A stretch of 62,474 nt of DNA, filler included, from an uncultured bacterium (GCA_964449065.1; 8 parts of 8 records of this genome joined end to end with filler, not necessarily neighbours in it); one strand, 5' to 3'; shown: positions 1 to 9,764, counted from the first letter of the whole stretch. Notes: generated by a model from the sequence alone, not told the origin. Program-made: numbers and translations.

Positions 1-80
1 GCCTCGCCCTCCCAAAACCTGGCTCGGCGGGAGCCTCGCCCTCCCAAAACCTGGCTCGGCGGGAGCCTCGCCCTCCCAAA
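1..80. repeat. Tandem REP-like palindrome, family A (GGCTCGGCGGGAGCCTCGCCCTCCC), about 2.5 copies of a 32-bp unit
   Basis: Identical units with a constant AAAACCT linker. Further copies at 24144-24168, about 27011-27034 and about 27176-27199, plus a degenerate one at about 19952-19979. Confidence 0.85.
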
Positions 81-167
81 AAAAGCCGCCCTCCTAAAAA
101 ATATTGTTTGGACAATTTTTTCGAGCTTTATATTAAGTTGTATGTATTGAGTTTTATGGGTTGACGC

Positions 168-192
168 ACCGGCTGGAAGCCGGTGCTACCCG
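168..192. repeat. GTAG-type REP-like palindrome, family B (GGGTAGCACCGGCTTCCAGCCGGT)
   Basis: Hairpin ACCGGCT-GGA-AGCCGGT with a GTAG foot. Copies at about 8854-8877, 23907-23930 and 24187-24210; variants at about 23727, 24017 and 36208. Confidence 0.8.
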
Positions 193-401
193 GTATAGAA
201 TAAGTAAGGCCGTTAAGGCAGCCGATAGGATGGGTTGAGGCTTTTTGCGAACACCATCTATTACGCTGTCCTTGGTTATCCTCTTTTATCCCGTTGGGGT
301 GCATTTGTCCCGGATTTGTGGGTAAGCCTCAGTCAGCTTGGGGAGAGAATTTTATCAGATACCATTTCCCTTGTGATTTTACTTTTTTATAAAGGGCACC
401 A

Positions 402-2036
402 ATGGAAATCATTGAACAATGGCAAAAACCGGTTTCAGAAGAAACCGTACGCTGGTACCGCTCATCGTCTTCTCCGCAAAATGAATTGACTGACATCTTG
501 CCGTTCGGTTTAGACTATTTGCATGAGGTTTTGCCGAAGCGCAAGCAATATATTCAGAACAAAATTGACCGGAAGAAACTGGTTCAATTCCTTACGCAAT
601 CTCATCTAAGACGAAAAGCACCGCAAGCGGTACTTGGTACCATTGAAAAACTTGAACATGACAATACATATTTGGTGGTTACCGGGCAGCAGCCCGGATT
701 GTTGGGCGGTCCGCTGCTTACCGTTTATAAAATCATTCAAGCCATCCAACTGGCGAAACGGTTGAGCGATAGCCGAGATGAGACGTTTCTTCCCGCATTT
801 TGGAACGCAGCGGAAGATCATGATCTGTCGGAGATCAATAGCCTGAATTGGTTTTCGAAAGAGAACAGGGTTGAATCATTTCAATGGGAGATTGAGGATA
901 AGAGCCAACCGTATTTTTCGGTTGCGGCTGATCATTTACCCATTGATGCTATCTGTGAATTTATCAATAACCATTCTCATTCCACGGAATTTTTAGAGCC
1001 GGTATTGGATGAACTAAAACAACCGGTTGCGGATGCATCATCCTACGCGGATGTGTTTGACCGGTGGTTGTGGAATTGGTTTGGCGGTTATGGGCTTATC
1101 ATTTTGCGGCCGGATGATGAATATACGCGAACAGCTGCGGCGCGATTTATGCAGGAAGAAATTTCGAATCCGGCTTTATCTTCTCAAGAAATTAATCGGA
1201 TGGGGGAACGGTTGGAAGAGCAGGGATTATCCGCGCAGATTCATAAACGGGATGACCGGACATCGTTCTTTTTGATTCAGGATGAGAAACGTTCACCGCT
1301 TTATATAGTGGATGATGGGTTTCGGGATGAGCAGGGGAATATCTATTCAAACGATCAATTGATTCAAATGGCAGCGGAAGAGCCGGAAGCGTTTTCTCCT
1401 TCAGCGGTATTGCGGCCTGTGATTCAAGATGCGGTGTATCCCACCGCGGCGGTGGTGTTGGGGCCAAGTGAGATGAAGTATCACGCCTTGCTGCATCCGT
1501 TGTATGAACGGCATGGGGTGCCGCGCCCGTGTGTGGCGCCGCGCGGCGGTTTTACCCTCATGGAACCGCGAATGATGAAGTGGATGGATCAATACGGTTT
1601 AACCTTGGATGACTTGCAGGAGGATTCATCCGCGTTGGTAAAGCGCTTTGTGAAGCAGTCACAATCAGATAATGAAGAATTGCCGAAAGAGGAATTGCTG
1701 CAATCGGTGGAACGGTTTTTTGAGGCTGCGGTGAAGAAGGCCAAGGCTGTGGATGAATCCATCGTGAAAGCGTTGGAGAAGAATAAAGGAAAGATCGAAA
1801 AGGAAATCGGGAATAGCGCGAACGTGATTGTTCGCAAAGAAGCCGCGAAGCATGAAACAATGCGGATGCATATTGAGGCGCTGCAAGCCATGATTCATCC
1901 GAATGAGATGCCGCAGGAGCGGTTCTATAATGCGGTGTATTTTCTGGTGAAATTCGGCAAGGATTTTTTGGATAACTTAATCCAGATCAGCCAAACCGTT
2001 GAAGATGGTTCGCATACATACATTAAGGTGCCGTAA
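402..2036 (+). CDS. bshC: Bacillithiol biosynthesis cysteine-adding enzyme BshC
   Basis: 544 aa. Motifs VTGQQPGLLGGPL, W..AEDHD, SPSAVLRPVIQD, GPSE..Y and C-terminal P...PQER. Confidence 0.9.
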   Translation: MEIIEQWQKPVSEETVRWYRSSSSPQNELTDILPFGLDYLHEVLPKRKQYIQNKIDRKKLVQFLTQSHLRRKAPQAVLGTIEKLEHDNTYLVVTGQQPGLLGGPLLTVYKIIQAIQLAKRLSDSRDETFLPAFWNAAEDHDLSEINSLNWFSKENRVESFQWEIEDKSQPYFSVAADHLPIDAICEFINNHSHSTEFLEPVLDELKQPVADASSYADVFDRWLWNWFGGYGLIILRPDDEYTRTAAARFMQEEISNPALSSQEINRMGERLEEQGLSAQIHKRDDRTSFFLIQDEKRSPLYIVDDGFRDEQGNIYSNDQLIQMAAEEPEAFSPSAVLRPVIQDAVYPTAAVVLGPSEMKYHALLHPLYERHGVPRPCVAPRGGFTLMEPRMMKWMDQYGLTLDDLQEDSSALVKRFVKQSQSDNEELPKEELLQSVERFFEAAVKKAKAVDESIVKALEKNKGKIEKEIGNSANVIVRKEAAKHETMRMHIEALQAMIHPNEMPQERFYNAVYFLVKFGKDFLDNLIQISQTVEDGSHTYIKVP

Positions 2037-2478
2037 CCGGTTCTTCGGCTGTATCCATAGATGTATCGTCAACCGTTTTCGCTTTTTCGATTAAATCCTG
2101 CACTTGCTTTTGCAAGTCTTCCATATTCACGCCTTTGAGTTGGCCTTTCAGTTGAGAGAGCAGGGTGGTTAGGGATTTGGTACCGGTTTTTTCTTCTCCT
2201 GTGAATTGTTCCAGCGACATATCCGAGAAAAAAGAAGTTTGTTCTGTGGCGGAGTTGGTCCATCCGGAAAGTTTCTCTTTAAGGTTGGCGGTGAATTCTT
2301 GCAGATCGTCTTTCAGAGATGGTACTTGTTCCGACCAACGGTCTAACACCGACACGATTTTCCCGCTGGGCGAGTTGGGATCGATTGCTCCATCTTGAGA
2401 TGGTTCCCAGGTAACCAGCGCGGCGGCGAATAGGCCGAAGATGGCCAGTACTAAAAGAAAACGGATTTTTGTTCTCAT
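2023..2478 (-). CDS. Hypothetical membrane-anchored protein
   Basis: 151-aa ORF with an N-terminal hydrophobic helix; overlaps the stop of the upstream gene. Confidence 0.7.
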   Translation of the reverse strand: MRTKIRFLLVLAIFGLFAAALVTWEPSQDGAIDPNSPSGKIVSVLDRWSEQVPSLKDDLQEFTANLKEKLSGWTNSATEQTSFFSDMSLEQFTGEEKTGTKSLTTLLSQLKGQLKGVNMEDLQKQVQDLIEKAKTVDDTSMDTAEEPVTAP

Positions 2479-3098
2479 GCTTTTTCCTCAACCACAACCA
2501 CTTTCTTTTGTTGTGTTTTGGTTTTTTGTTGAAGGATATATCCAACAAAGCAAAGCGGCAAGAAACTCATGGGAATATTCACGGCTTTGGAAATAACCAA
2601 AGCGCCAATGCAGGAAGTAACAAGGATGATCATTTGGCGCTGGAGGTAAACAAACAGCAAGGCAATTAAAATAGCGAAAATGGCCGGCCAGGCATTGCCT
2701 AAGGTGCTGTAGAGGGGTTGAAGGATACCCAACCATTCGAAAAAGTTCTCGATCAGGATTCGCTGCTCGGATTTGTACAGGAGATACAGAGCCGCCGCTA
2801 ACGATCCTAGAAAGATAGCGATTTGATAGATTTTTTGGGCGACAAACCAGCCGATCGCCCCGGTAAAAACACCGACAACGATGGCCACTTCGGGTTTATC
2901 GGGGACGTATTGCAGGCCTTGGGGTTCGACGACTTTGATCACTTCAACGATCAGTTGGTAGATGCCAAAGCCGAATAAAAAGCCGGAGGCCACGCCGGTC
3001 ATGCGGACACCGAGATAGACGAGAATCCAGCCGAACGCCAGGAAACTTAATCCGATACCCAGTTGCAAAAAAACTTGTGAAGTTGGTTCAAACGTCAT
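2475..3098 (-). CDS. Polytopic membrane protein (DUF4203/TM7S3-like)
   Basis: 207 aa with 6-7 hydrophobic segments; G..L...G.R and TSCIGA patterns. Confidence 0.65.
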   Translation of the reverse strand: MTFEPTSQVFLQLGIGLSFLAFGWILVYLGVRMTGVASGFLFGFGIYQLIVEVIKVVEPQGLQYVPDKPEVAIVVGVFTGAIGWFVAQKIYQIAIFLGSLAAALYLLYKSEQRILIENFFEWLGILQPLYSTLGNAWPAIFAILIALLFVYLQRQMIILVTSCIGALVISKAVNIPMSFLPLCFVGYILQQKTKTQQKKVVVVEEKA

Positions 3099-4477
3099 GC
3101 TGTCGCTAGTGTTTTGAGTTTTTGAATTACGGTGGAACAGTGTTGATCGGACGGATTGAGGGCTAACGCGGCTTGAAAGGCCTGTTCAGCAGCTTCACGG
3201 TCTCCCGTCTCCATCATGGCTTGCCCGATCAGTTTGTGAGCTTCAAAATGGTCCGGCAACACGTGCAGGCATTCGCGCAAATGGCCGGCCGCTTCTTCGT
3301 ATTTGCCGTTTTTGACGGCGATATATCCCAAGTTCAAATTTACATCCACACTCTTTCGGTCAAGGGTTTTTGCCTTTTTTAAGAATTCCGCGGTTTTGTT
3401 GCGGTCGCCTTTGTCAAAGGCCAAGCGGGCCAAGTAGGCATAGGACCGTGGGTTTTCTTTATCCAGTTTGAGCGCCCGGACAAACAAGTCTTTCGCGGCG
3501 GAAAATTCTTGCGTCATTAAGCAGGCAATGCCCATTTCGATCAAGGCCTCGACATACTCTTCATCGATTTCTAACGCTTGCGCCAAGAATTCAATGGCTT
3601 CATCATAGCGCCCCATGCGGTTGGCGGTTAAACCGAGGTTGTAGAGAATCATCACATCCGGATCGTGGTCTTGGATGAAATTGTGCAAGACATCGCGGGC
3701 GCGTTTAAAGAGGCCTTTTTTAACAAAGGAAAGCCCCAATAAAACGGAGGCGTCGCGGGCAACGGAGGGCTGCTCTTTAATATCCAATAATCGCAGTATG
3801 GCTTGATCGTATTCGCCGGAACGGAACAACGACGCGGCTTCGACCAGTTCGCCGCGGGCTTCTTCATCCTGCGACTTTTCGCCGCGGTGTGCGGAGGGGT
3901 TTTCCATCGCCCGGATGACGGCGTTTAAGCCGCGTTTTGCCGGGTCGTAGTTGGGATCTAATTCCAGGCATTCTTCGTAAAGGTCTTGCGCGTGTTCTAA
4001 TTTGTTGCGGCGGCGGGCTAAATCACCAGCCATGCAATAGAAGGGGGCGTAATCCGGCAGAAGTTTGATGCCTTTTTTGATTAGAGAATTGGCCCGGCAG
4101 TATTTTTTGTTGCGCAGATAATAACGGATGAGTTCCATGCGGGCCTCGGGGTAGGATGGATTCATTTTTAAGGTTTTGCGCAAAACCTTTTCCCCGCGTT
4201 TTTCTTCGCCGGCTTTAATCAAGGTCGTGCCCAAGCAGCAGCGGATTTCTAAATCGTTTGGAAGCAGATCGACCAATTTTTCGTACATCGAAACCGCTTC
4301 TTCGTACTCTTTCAATTCGTGGTAGATTTTCGCGATTTGTTCGTAAGCATCGGCGTAATCGGGTTGTTGCACAATCGCCCGCTTGATGGCGTCTAAGGCC
4401 TCTTGATAATGGCCCGCGGTGTAGAACGCCATGCCTTTTTGGTAGTGTTGAATGTAGGTTGAATTCGCATTGACCAT
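3095..4477 (-). CDS. Tetratricopeptide repeat protein
   Basis: 460 aa of successive 34-aa TPR-like units (A..L.P..AY..LG). Confidence 0.85.
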   Translation of the reverse strand: MVNANSTYIQHYQKGMAFYTAGHYQEALDAIKRAIVQQPDYADAYEQIAKIYHELKEYEEAVSMYEKLVDLLPNDLEIRCCLGTTLIKAGEEKRGEKVLRKTLKMNPSYPEARMELIRYYLRNKKYCRANSLIKKGIKLLPDYAPFYCMAGDLARRRNKLEHAQDLYEECLELDPNYDPAKRGLNAVIRAMENPSAHRGEKSQDEEARGELVEAASLFRSGEYDQAILRLLDIKEQPSVARDASVLLGLSFVKKGLFKRARDVLHNFIQDHDPDVMILYNLGLTANRMGRYDEAIEFLAQALEIDEEYVEALIEMGIACLMTQEFSAAKDLFVRALKLDKENPRSYAYLARLAFDKGDRNKTAEFLKKAKTLDRKSVDVNLNLGYIAVKNGKYEEAAGHLRECLHVLPDHFEAHKLIGQAMMETGDREAAEQAFQAALALNPSDQHCSTVIQKLKTLATA

Positions 4478-4567
4478 TGAAGGGATCGATCTTGATTTCT
4501 AGTTTTAACCAACTTCACGGCTTCGGTATTCACGGTGTAAAACGCGCTTGATTTGACAAAACAAATA

Positions 4568-4641
4568 TGGGCGATACTGGATTCGAACCAGTGGCCTCCA
4601 GTTTGTGATACTGGCGCTCTAACCAACTGAGCTAATCGCCC
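4568..4641 (-). tRNA. tRNA-Val (CAC)
   Basis: GGGCGAT/ATCGCCC acceptor stem, D arm AGCTCAGTTGGTTAGAGC, anticodon arm CCAGT-ATCACAA-ACTGG, T loop TTCGAAT. CCA is not encoded. Confidence 0.92.
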
Positions 4642-4684
4642 GGCATCTTGTGTGTTTACCATTATCGGCACTCGCTTGCGATAG

Positions 4685-6487
4685 TCAAGTCAAAATCAGG
4701 GAGTTTAGCGTGTTGGCATACAATTGGCGGTAAATTTCAACATCATTCAGCAGTGCTTGAAAGTGGGATTGCAGCCAGCGGTGCCACCAGCGGGCAAGGT
4801 CTAAGGGTTCATTTGCTAGCGGTTCTTCAATGCGGTAGGTGTCAAAACGGTATGGGGCTAAGCCGATATCCATTGATTCATCCAAACCGGGTGAATGGAT
4901 GATGGCTTGCCACCGTCTGAAGAAGGCAGATGCCTGCGTTTGTACGGTTTGCATGTCTTTAGAATTTGCTTCTATTTCCTTCAGCCATTGATCGAGACGT
5001 GCGGTACCGCGTATTAAAGAGTCTTTGGTTTGATCCAAATCTTGAATGTGATTTCGAATTGTATCAACCATTAATGGGATGGATTGTGTTTTACTGTCAG
5101 TATTTTTTATATAAACATCGGGTTTAGTAGAGAGATTTAGGGATTGCAAAGCATGGATGAGTGAACGTTGCGAAGTGCCGGGGATTTTCGCGCCGCCTTC
5201 TGTGGCATTGATGACGGAGGCTTGGTGCCGCGCGATGTGCTGCACAAAGCGCTGTAAGACGATATGAAAATGGGGGAATGTGGTGACGGTTCCTCCGAAA
5301 TAGCCAGCGGTTTCGACGAGTTTGGATTCATTGGTATAGACGTTGTTGGTGAGTTGCAGGGTCTTCTTTTCATGGTCGATTTTTACTTCAGAAGCGTTGG
5401 CGGTTCCCTTGGCGTGCGATGAGTTTTCTTCTGATAAGGCTAAGTCCATGCCGGTGAGGATTATGGGGAAACACCCCAGGGTGAAAGACAGCGAATAGGC
5501 GCAAAAGCCAACATTCATTCCCCGGCTGAAACGGTGCTGCAACTGCATGTGATTGGTGAGACGTTCTAACAGTTTGGAGTTGGCATCATGCAGGCATAAA
5601 AGATTGTTGTGCCGCAATGAGGGTAAAATACTGCGGTGAATTTCCGGCAAATAGGCTAAGACCGTTTTCGAGGGAAATTGGATACCGTTGAAATGGCGTG
5701 TATTGAGAGTGGTGGGATCGCAGGTCACCACGAATCCGGGTTCGATTCCCCGGTTTAGCAATGGTTTGAGCGCCGTATCAACGGAGATGATTAAGATTCG
5801 ATCTTTGTGCTTGCTCAACTCATCAATGTTTTTATCTAAAGACGGTCCCGCCCCCACGACAACTGCGGGTTGATTGGCAAACCGGCCTTTCCATTGATCC
5901 AATACGGAGGATTGGATGATATAGGGGAGATTGGCGACGATGTTCCGCTGAACTTCCGGGCCTTGGCGGTATTGGATTTCGGCATTTTCTACCGCGACCG
6001 CTTCAATGGATTGGATGGCTTGAAGCAGTTCGTTTTTCAACAGGGTATTTTGATAGGGTTGTGTTACCCATACATGCAAGCCCCAAATGCCGATAGCGGT
6101 AATGTCTTCACGCAACTGTTGTGTCAGCAATTCGGTTTCGTTACTGCATATAATACGAAGATGGGATTCGTTTAGAACCGAAGCCAAATCGGGTTGCTGT
6201 AAAGATTGAGAAAAAGTATCTTTATCCGGCTCAATCCAAATCAAGCGGTATAGTTTATCCTGATGACTTTGAATGCATGTTCGCATCCATGAGAGGGATG
6301 TGCCGATGACAATGTGGTATTGCGGATGGTTTTTGTTTGTAAAATAAATTTCCTCTGTTCCGCTATCGATGGCGGGTTCTGTACGCGTTCTTGAAACGGG
6401 AGAAATCCATTCGTAAACATGCGGAAAGAATTGCTGGAGCAGTTTGAGGTTAAAATCCAAGTTTGCCGAAGAGTTATCGCTCTGCAT
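4685..6487 (-). CDS. Motility-associated-factor (Maf/DUF115, MptE-like) glycosyltransferase family protein
   Basis: 600 aa. Motifs VVVGAGPSLDKN, SVDTAL, PIILTGMDLA and INATEGGAKI. Confidence 0.85.
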   Translation of the reverse strand: MQSDNSSANLDFNLKLLQQFFPHVYEWISPVSRTRTEPAIDSGTEEIYFTNKNHPQYHIVIGTSLSWMRTCIQSHQDKLYRLIWIEPDKDTFSQSLQQPDLASVLNESHLRIICSNETELLTQQLREDITAIGIWGLHVWVTQPYQNTLLKNELLQAIQSIEAVAVENAEIQYRQGPEVQRNIVANLPYIIQSSVLDQWKGRFANQPAVVVGAGPSLDKNIDELSKHKDRILIISVDTALKPLLNRGIEPGFVVTCDPTTLNTRHFNGIQFPSKTVLAYLPEIHRSILPSLRHNNLLCLHDANSKLLERLTNHMQLQHRFSRGMNVGFCAYSLSFTLGCFPIILTGMDLALSEENSSHAKGTANASEVKIDHEKKTLQLTNNVYTNESKLVETAGYFGGTVTTFPHFHIVLQRFVQHIARHQASVINATEGGAKIPGTSQRSLIHALQSLNLSTKPDVYIKNTDSKTQSIPLMVDTIRNHIQDLDQTKDSLIRGTARLDQWLKEIEANSKDMQTVQTQASAFFRRWQAIIHSPGLDESMDIGLAPYRFDTYRIEEPLANEPLDLARWWHRWLQSHFQALLNDVEIYRQLYANTLNSLILT

Positions 6488-6499
6488 ATCCGCCCATCG

Positions 6500-7613
6500 T
6501 TATCCGGTGGTTTGATTGGCTAATGTACTACGCAAATACGACCAGATAAACGGTTCCAGATCGCCGTCCATCACATGTTGTACGTCACCGCGTTCTTCGT
6601 TGGTGCGGTGGTCTTTGATCATGTTGTAGGGATGAAAGACATACGAGCGGATTTGATTGCCCCATGCAATATCGCGCTTGTCTCCGGAAATTTCGCTGAT
6701 TTTTTCGGCTTGCTGTTCCTGCATTAGCGTGTAAAGCCGGGAGGTAAGCATTTTCATCGCGGTTTCTTTGTTTTGGCGCTGCGAGCGTTCGTTTTGGCAG
6801 GTTACTACGGTATTGGTGGGCAAGTGGGTGATGCGCACAGCGGAATCGGTGGTGTTCACGTGTTGTCCGCCCTTGCCGGATGCCCGGTAGGTATCGATGC
6901 GGAGATCGTTTTCATCAATTTCGACTTCAATTGAATCATCAATTTCAGGCATGACATGCACCGCGGCGAACGATGTATGGCGGCGGGCATTGGAATCAAA
7001 GGGGGAGATGCGCACCAAGCGGTGAATGCCGATTTCCGCTTGAAGGTAGCCATATGCGTATTCCCCTTTTACATTGATGGTCACGCTTTTAATACCGGCT
7101 TCTTCACCGGGCAGCATATCGACGACTTCGGCCTTCCAGCCTTGGCGTTCAAAAAAGCGCATATACATGCGAAACAGCATGTTGGCCCAGTCGCACGATT
7201 CGGTGCCGCCCGCACCGGGGTGAATTTCCATAAAACAGTTGCTGTCATCGTGTTCGCCGCTTAGGGTGCAGCGGACTTCGAAATCTTCGATGTCTTTGTC
7301 AAGTTGTTCGAACTCGTTTTGGAATTCGGTTTCTTGGGAAGCGTCGTTATCATCAGCGGACAATTCCATGAGTTCGCGCAAATCGTTCAGGCGCTGTTGA
7401 AGGTCGTCCAAGGGATCGACTAAGTCTTTGATCCGCTTAATTTTTTTGCCGTGTTCTTGCGCGACTTGAGGGTTATCCCAAAAACCGGGTTCGTTCATCT
7501 CGTTTTCGAGTTGAGCGATTTCGTCTCTCTTTTTGTCCCGGTCAAAGATACCCTCCCAGCTCTTCGAGGTGTTTTTGATGAGATTTGATTTGATCTAACA
7601 GTTCTTCATACAT
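6500..7613 (-). CDS. prfB: Peptide chain release factor 2, translated through a +1 programmed frameshift (about 370 aa)
   Basis: SPF and GGQ motifs. A 23-codon first frame (MYEELLDQ...GGYL) from the ATG at 7613 ends in CTT TGA C and continues in the +1 frame as DRDKKRDEIAQLENEMNEPGFW. Confidence 0.95.
7541..7557 (-). promoter_or_regulatory. RF2 autoregulatory +1 frameshift site (GGGAGG-GTAT-CTTTGAC)
   Basis: Canonical internal Shine-Dalgarno followed by the CTT-TGA-C slippery stop. Confidence 0.95.
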
Positions 7614-7880
7614 AATGGTTATTATTTTTTTTACACACTGATACAGATTTACTGGAAAGATTCCAATCCATCCCGTTGCCCCAACCGTGTTCGTAATAGA
7701 GGTGAGGTGTTTCACATGTTAGGGGCGAATTCGGCCTTGCCGAAGCCGCGGGAATAAAATGAAACCCTGCCATATACACATACTATCCCAAGTTGAAAGA
7801 CTGTCACTGTTTTTGTTTTCTTTTTTCAAAAGATTTACATATACTATATGGAAGAAGTGAAGAGTTTGATGCATTTCAGG

Positions 7881-7980
7881 NNNNNNNNNNNNNNNNNNNN
7901 NNNNNNNNNNNNNNNNNNNNNNNNTTAATTAATTAANNNNNNNNNNNNNNNNNNNNNNNNNNNNNNNNNNNNNNNNNNNN
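7881..7980. other. Artificial contig linker (N-TTAATTAATTAA-N); also at 15844-15943, 23791-23890, 31618-31717, 39442-39541, 47143-47242 and 54829-54928
   Basis: Identical 100-nt six-frame-stop spacers; the contig lengths decrease monotonically. Confidence 0.97.
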
Positions 7981-8023
7981 AATTGGCAGTCCTTTTGGCA
8001 GTCCTTTTCAAACAAAGTAAGCA

Positions 8024-8347
8024 TCACGCAATCGATGAAAGCCCCTTCCGCGCGACGAGGGAGAGCAGTTTTAATGACGTGCCGCCCGGTTTCTTTTCGC
8101 CCCGTTCCCATTGGCTGACGGATTCTTTGGAGATGTTGAGATAATTCGCAAAGATGGTTTGGCTCACCTGTTCGCGTTCCCGCAGGGCTTTGATTTCGTC
8201 CGGTGTGAATTCTTGAATGGGCGTCAGGCAGGTTTTATCAAACCGCCGCATGGTTTGCTGATCAACCACACCGGCGGCATGCATATCCGCAACCGTTTCG
8301 TGCACCGCTGCCAAGGCTTCGCTTTTATAAGTTTTACGTTTTGCCAT
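8024..8347 (-). CDS. XRE/HigA-like HTH antitoxin
   Basis: 107 aa; EIKALRERE.VSQ..FA.YLNIS...VSQWERGEKKP.G HTH_3 pattern; lies downstream of a RelE-like toxin. Confidence 0.88.
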   Translation of the reverse strand: MAKRKTYKSEALAAVHETVADMHAAGVVDQQTMRRFDKTCLTPIQEFTPDEIKALREREQVSQTIFANYLNISKESVSQWERGEKKPGGTSLKLLSLVARKGLSSIA

Positions 8348-8714
8348 GGCGCTTCACCTCCAAATAAACTCCGGATTCAACCAATTTCTTCATCTCTTCA
8401 TCCTGTAACGCCAATGTGATCTTTGCCAACTCTTTGAATTCGTTCAATTCCAGTTTTCTGATGTTTTTCTGTTTGCGCTTTGAAAACCCGAAAACAAAAA
8501 AGGCTTTGTTTTGCTTCCTGTACAGGATAATGGTTCGGAATCCGCCCGATTTTCCTTCACCGGGACACGCAAGCCGTTGTTTGAACACACCACCGCCCAA
8601 ATCAGCATCAATCTTTCCTGCTTCCAATGCATCAATCAAATTGCAAAGTGCATCGTCATCAATCCCCTCATTCTTGGCGAACTTCGCGAACCATTTGATC
8701 GTATATATTTTGAT
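8334..8714 (-). CDS. RelE/HigB-like (DUF1044-type) toxin; lacks a canonical start codon
   Basis: DADLGGGVFKQRLA..GEGKSGGFRTI motif. The family-typical N-terminus IKIYTIKWFAKFAKNEGIDDDAL extends in frame to ATC at 8714, upstream of the TTG at 8639. Confidence 0.75.
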   Translation of the reverse strand: MKIYTIKWFAKFAKNEGIDDDALCNLIDALEAGKIDADLGGGVFKQRLACPGEGKSGGFRTIILYRKQNKAFFVFGFSKRKQKNIRKLELNEFKELAKITLALQDEEMKKLVESGVYLEVKRHGKT

Positions 8715-8737
8715 ATCGTTTGATTCACGGACATGTT

Positions 8738-8766
8738 ATTTTATAGAACTTAGTTCTATAGATCAA
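8738..8766 (-). promoter_or_regulatory. Sigma70-type promoter of the TA operon with a palindromic operator
   Basis: TTGATC-17nt-TAAAAT. A perfect inverted repeat TATAGAACT-N-AGTTCTATA (8742-8760) fills the spacer. Confidence 0.75.
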
Positions 8767-8909
8767 GAGGGCGCTTTATCCATAAACTCATAACAAAGTC
8801 TTCCGATTGGATCAATCCTTACCCATCTTAGGGCGTTTCAGAGTTGAATAGCCGGGTAGCACCGGCTTCCAGCCGGTACCGCACACCGCATATTATTTCA
8901 TTGAAGCGG

Positions 8910-9000
8910 TATAACTTACCCATCCACATGAAATGAATGGGACCAGTCTTTCACAAGCGTTAGCGCAGTGCCAACCCCCCCCTTACATAAGGGGGGGAGG
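8910..9000. repeat. Dispersed MITE/REP-like element with a C-run/G-run hairpin
   Basis: Reverse-complement similarity to about 26850-26935 (catccacatgaaa...cacaagcgttagcgcagtgcca). Confidence 0.7.
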
Positions 9001-9098
9001 CAACAACGAAAGACACTTTAACAATGGAGTATGCATCCATCTGCCATCATTTCATTGTTGATAAACGGCTGGGATGGGAAGCGTTTGATTTTCATCCT

Positions 9099-9713
9099 TC
9101 AAGTTTCGAATACACGAAAGAAGAGGTTGACCGTTTTTTTCGCGTCTTGCGGAAGAATAAACCGGCTGGGGTCGCGAAGGTATTCGAGGGTGATTCCATT
9201 CATGAACGAGAACAGCGATTGGGCCAGGATTTTGGGTGAATATTTGGTTTGAATGATTCCGTCAGATTGCAGTTGTTTAAAGTATTTGCAAAGGGCGTTA
9301 AAGTTTTCTTTTTTGCATTGAGTGATGATATCGATGAGGGGTTTGAGTTCACCGGCATATTCGCATTTAAGAAAGTAGATGGAATACACCCGTTTCTTCT
9401 GTTCATCGCGGCTTAAGTCAATAACGAATTGGATACACAACTTTTTTAATTCCGTCAACGAATTTGGATTCCCGCCGCCGATCACCTGCATGAACATTTC
9501 GTTGATGGGATTGTGCACCCGTTCGTGCATGGCTTCAAAAATTTCCTGTTTGTTTTTGAAATGCCAATAGATGGCCCCGCGGGTAACACCGGCGCTTTGC
9601 GCGATATCTTCAAGCCGGGTGCTGGATACGCCTTTCTCATAAAACACCCGTTCGGCGGCGTCTAAAATGGCAATTCGTGTGGCCAGGGCTTCTTCTTCGG
9701 TTCGGCGCGGCAT
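9099..9713 (-). CDS. TetR/AcrR-family transcriptional repressor
   Basis: MPRRTEEEA..TR..ILDAA and GVTRGAIYWHFKNK; divergent from the RND operon. Confidence 0.92.
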   Translation of the reverse strand: MPRRTEEEALATRIAILDAAERVFYEKGVSSTRLEDIAQSAGVTRGAIYWHFKNKQEIFEAMHERVHNPINEMFMQVIGGGNPNSLTELKKLCIQFVIDLSRDEQKKRVYSIYFLKCEYAGELKPLIDIITQCKKENFNALCKYFKQLQSDGIIQTKYSPKILAQSLFSFMNGITLEYLRDPSRFILPQDAKKTVNLFFRVFET

Positions 9714-9764
9714 ACGTTTCCCTTCCCCACTATTGACCGGCTATGCGGCCCGGTTACAATCTAA

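Noticed and set aside
1..80. Possible CRISPR array
   Set aside because: The units are separated by an identical 7-nt linker with no unique spacers, the same palindrome is dispersed elsewhere, and no cas genes are present.
7881..7980. Regularly spaced TTAATTAATTAA motif about every 7.8 kb
   Set aside because: An artificial six-frame-stop linker between size-sorted contigs. Cross-gap gene neighbourhoods were therefore not interpreted.
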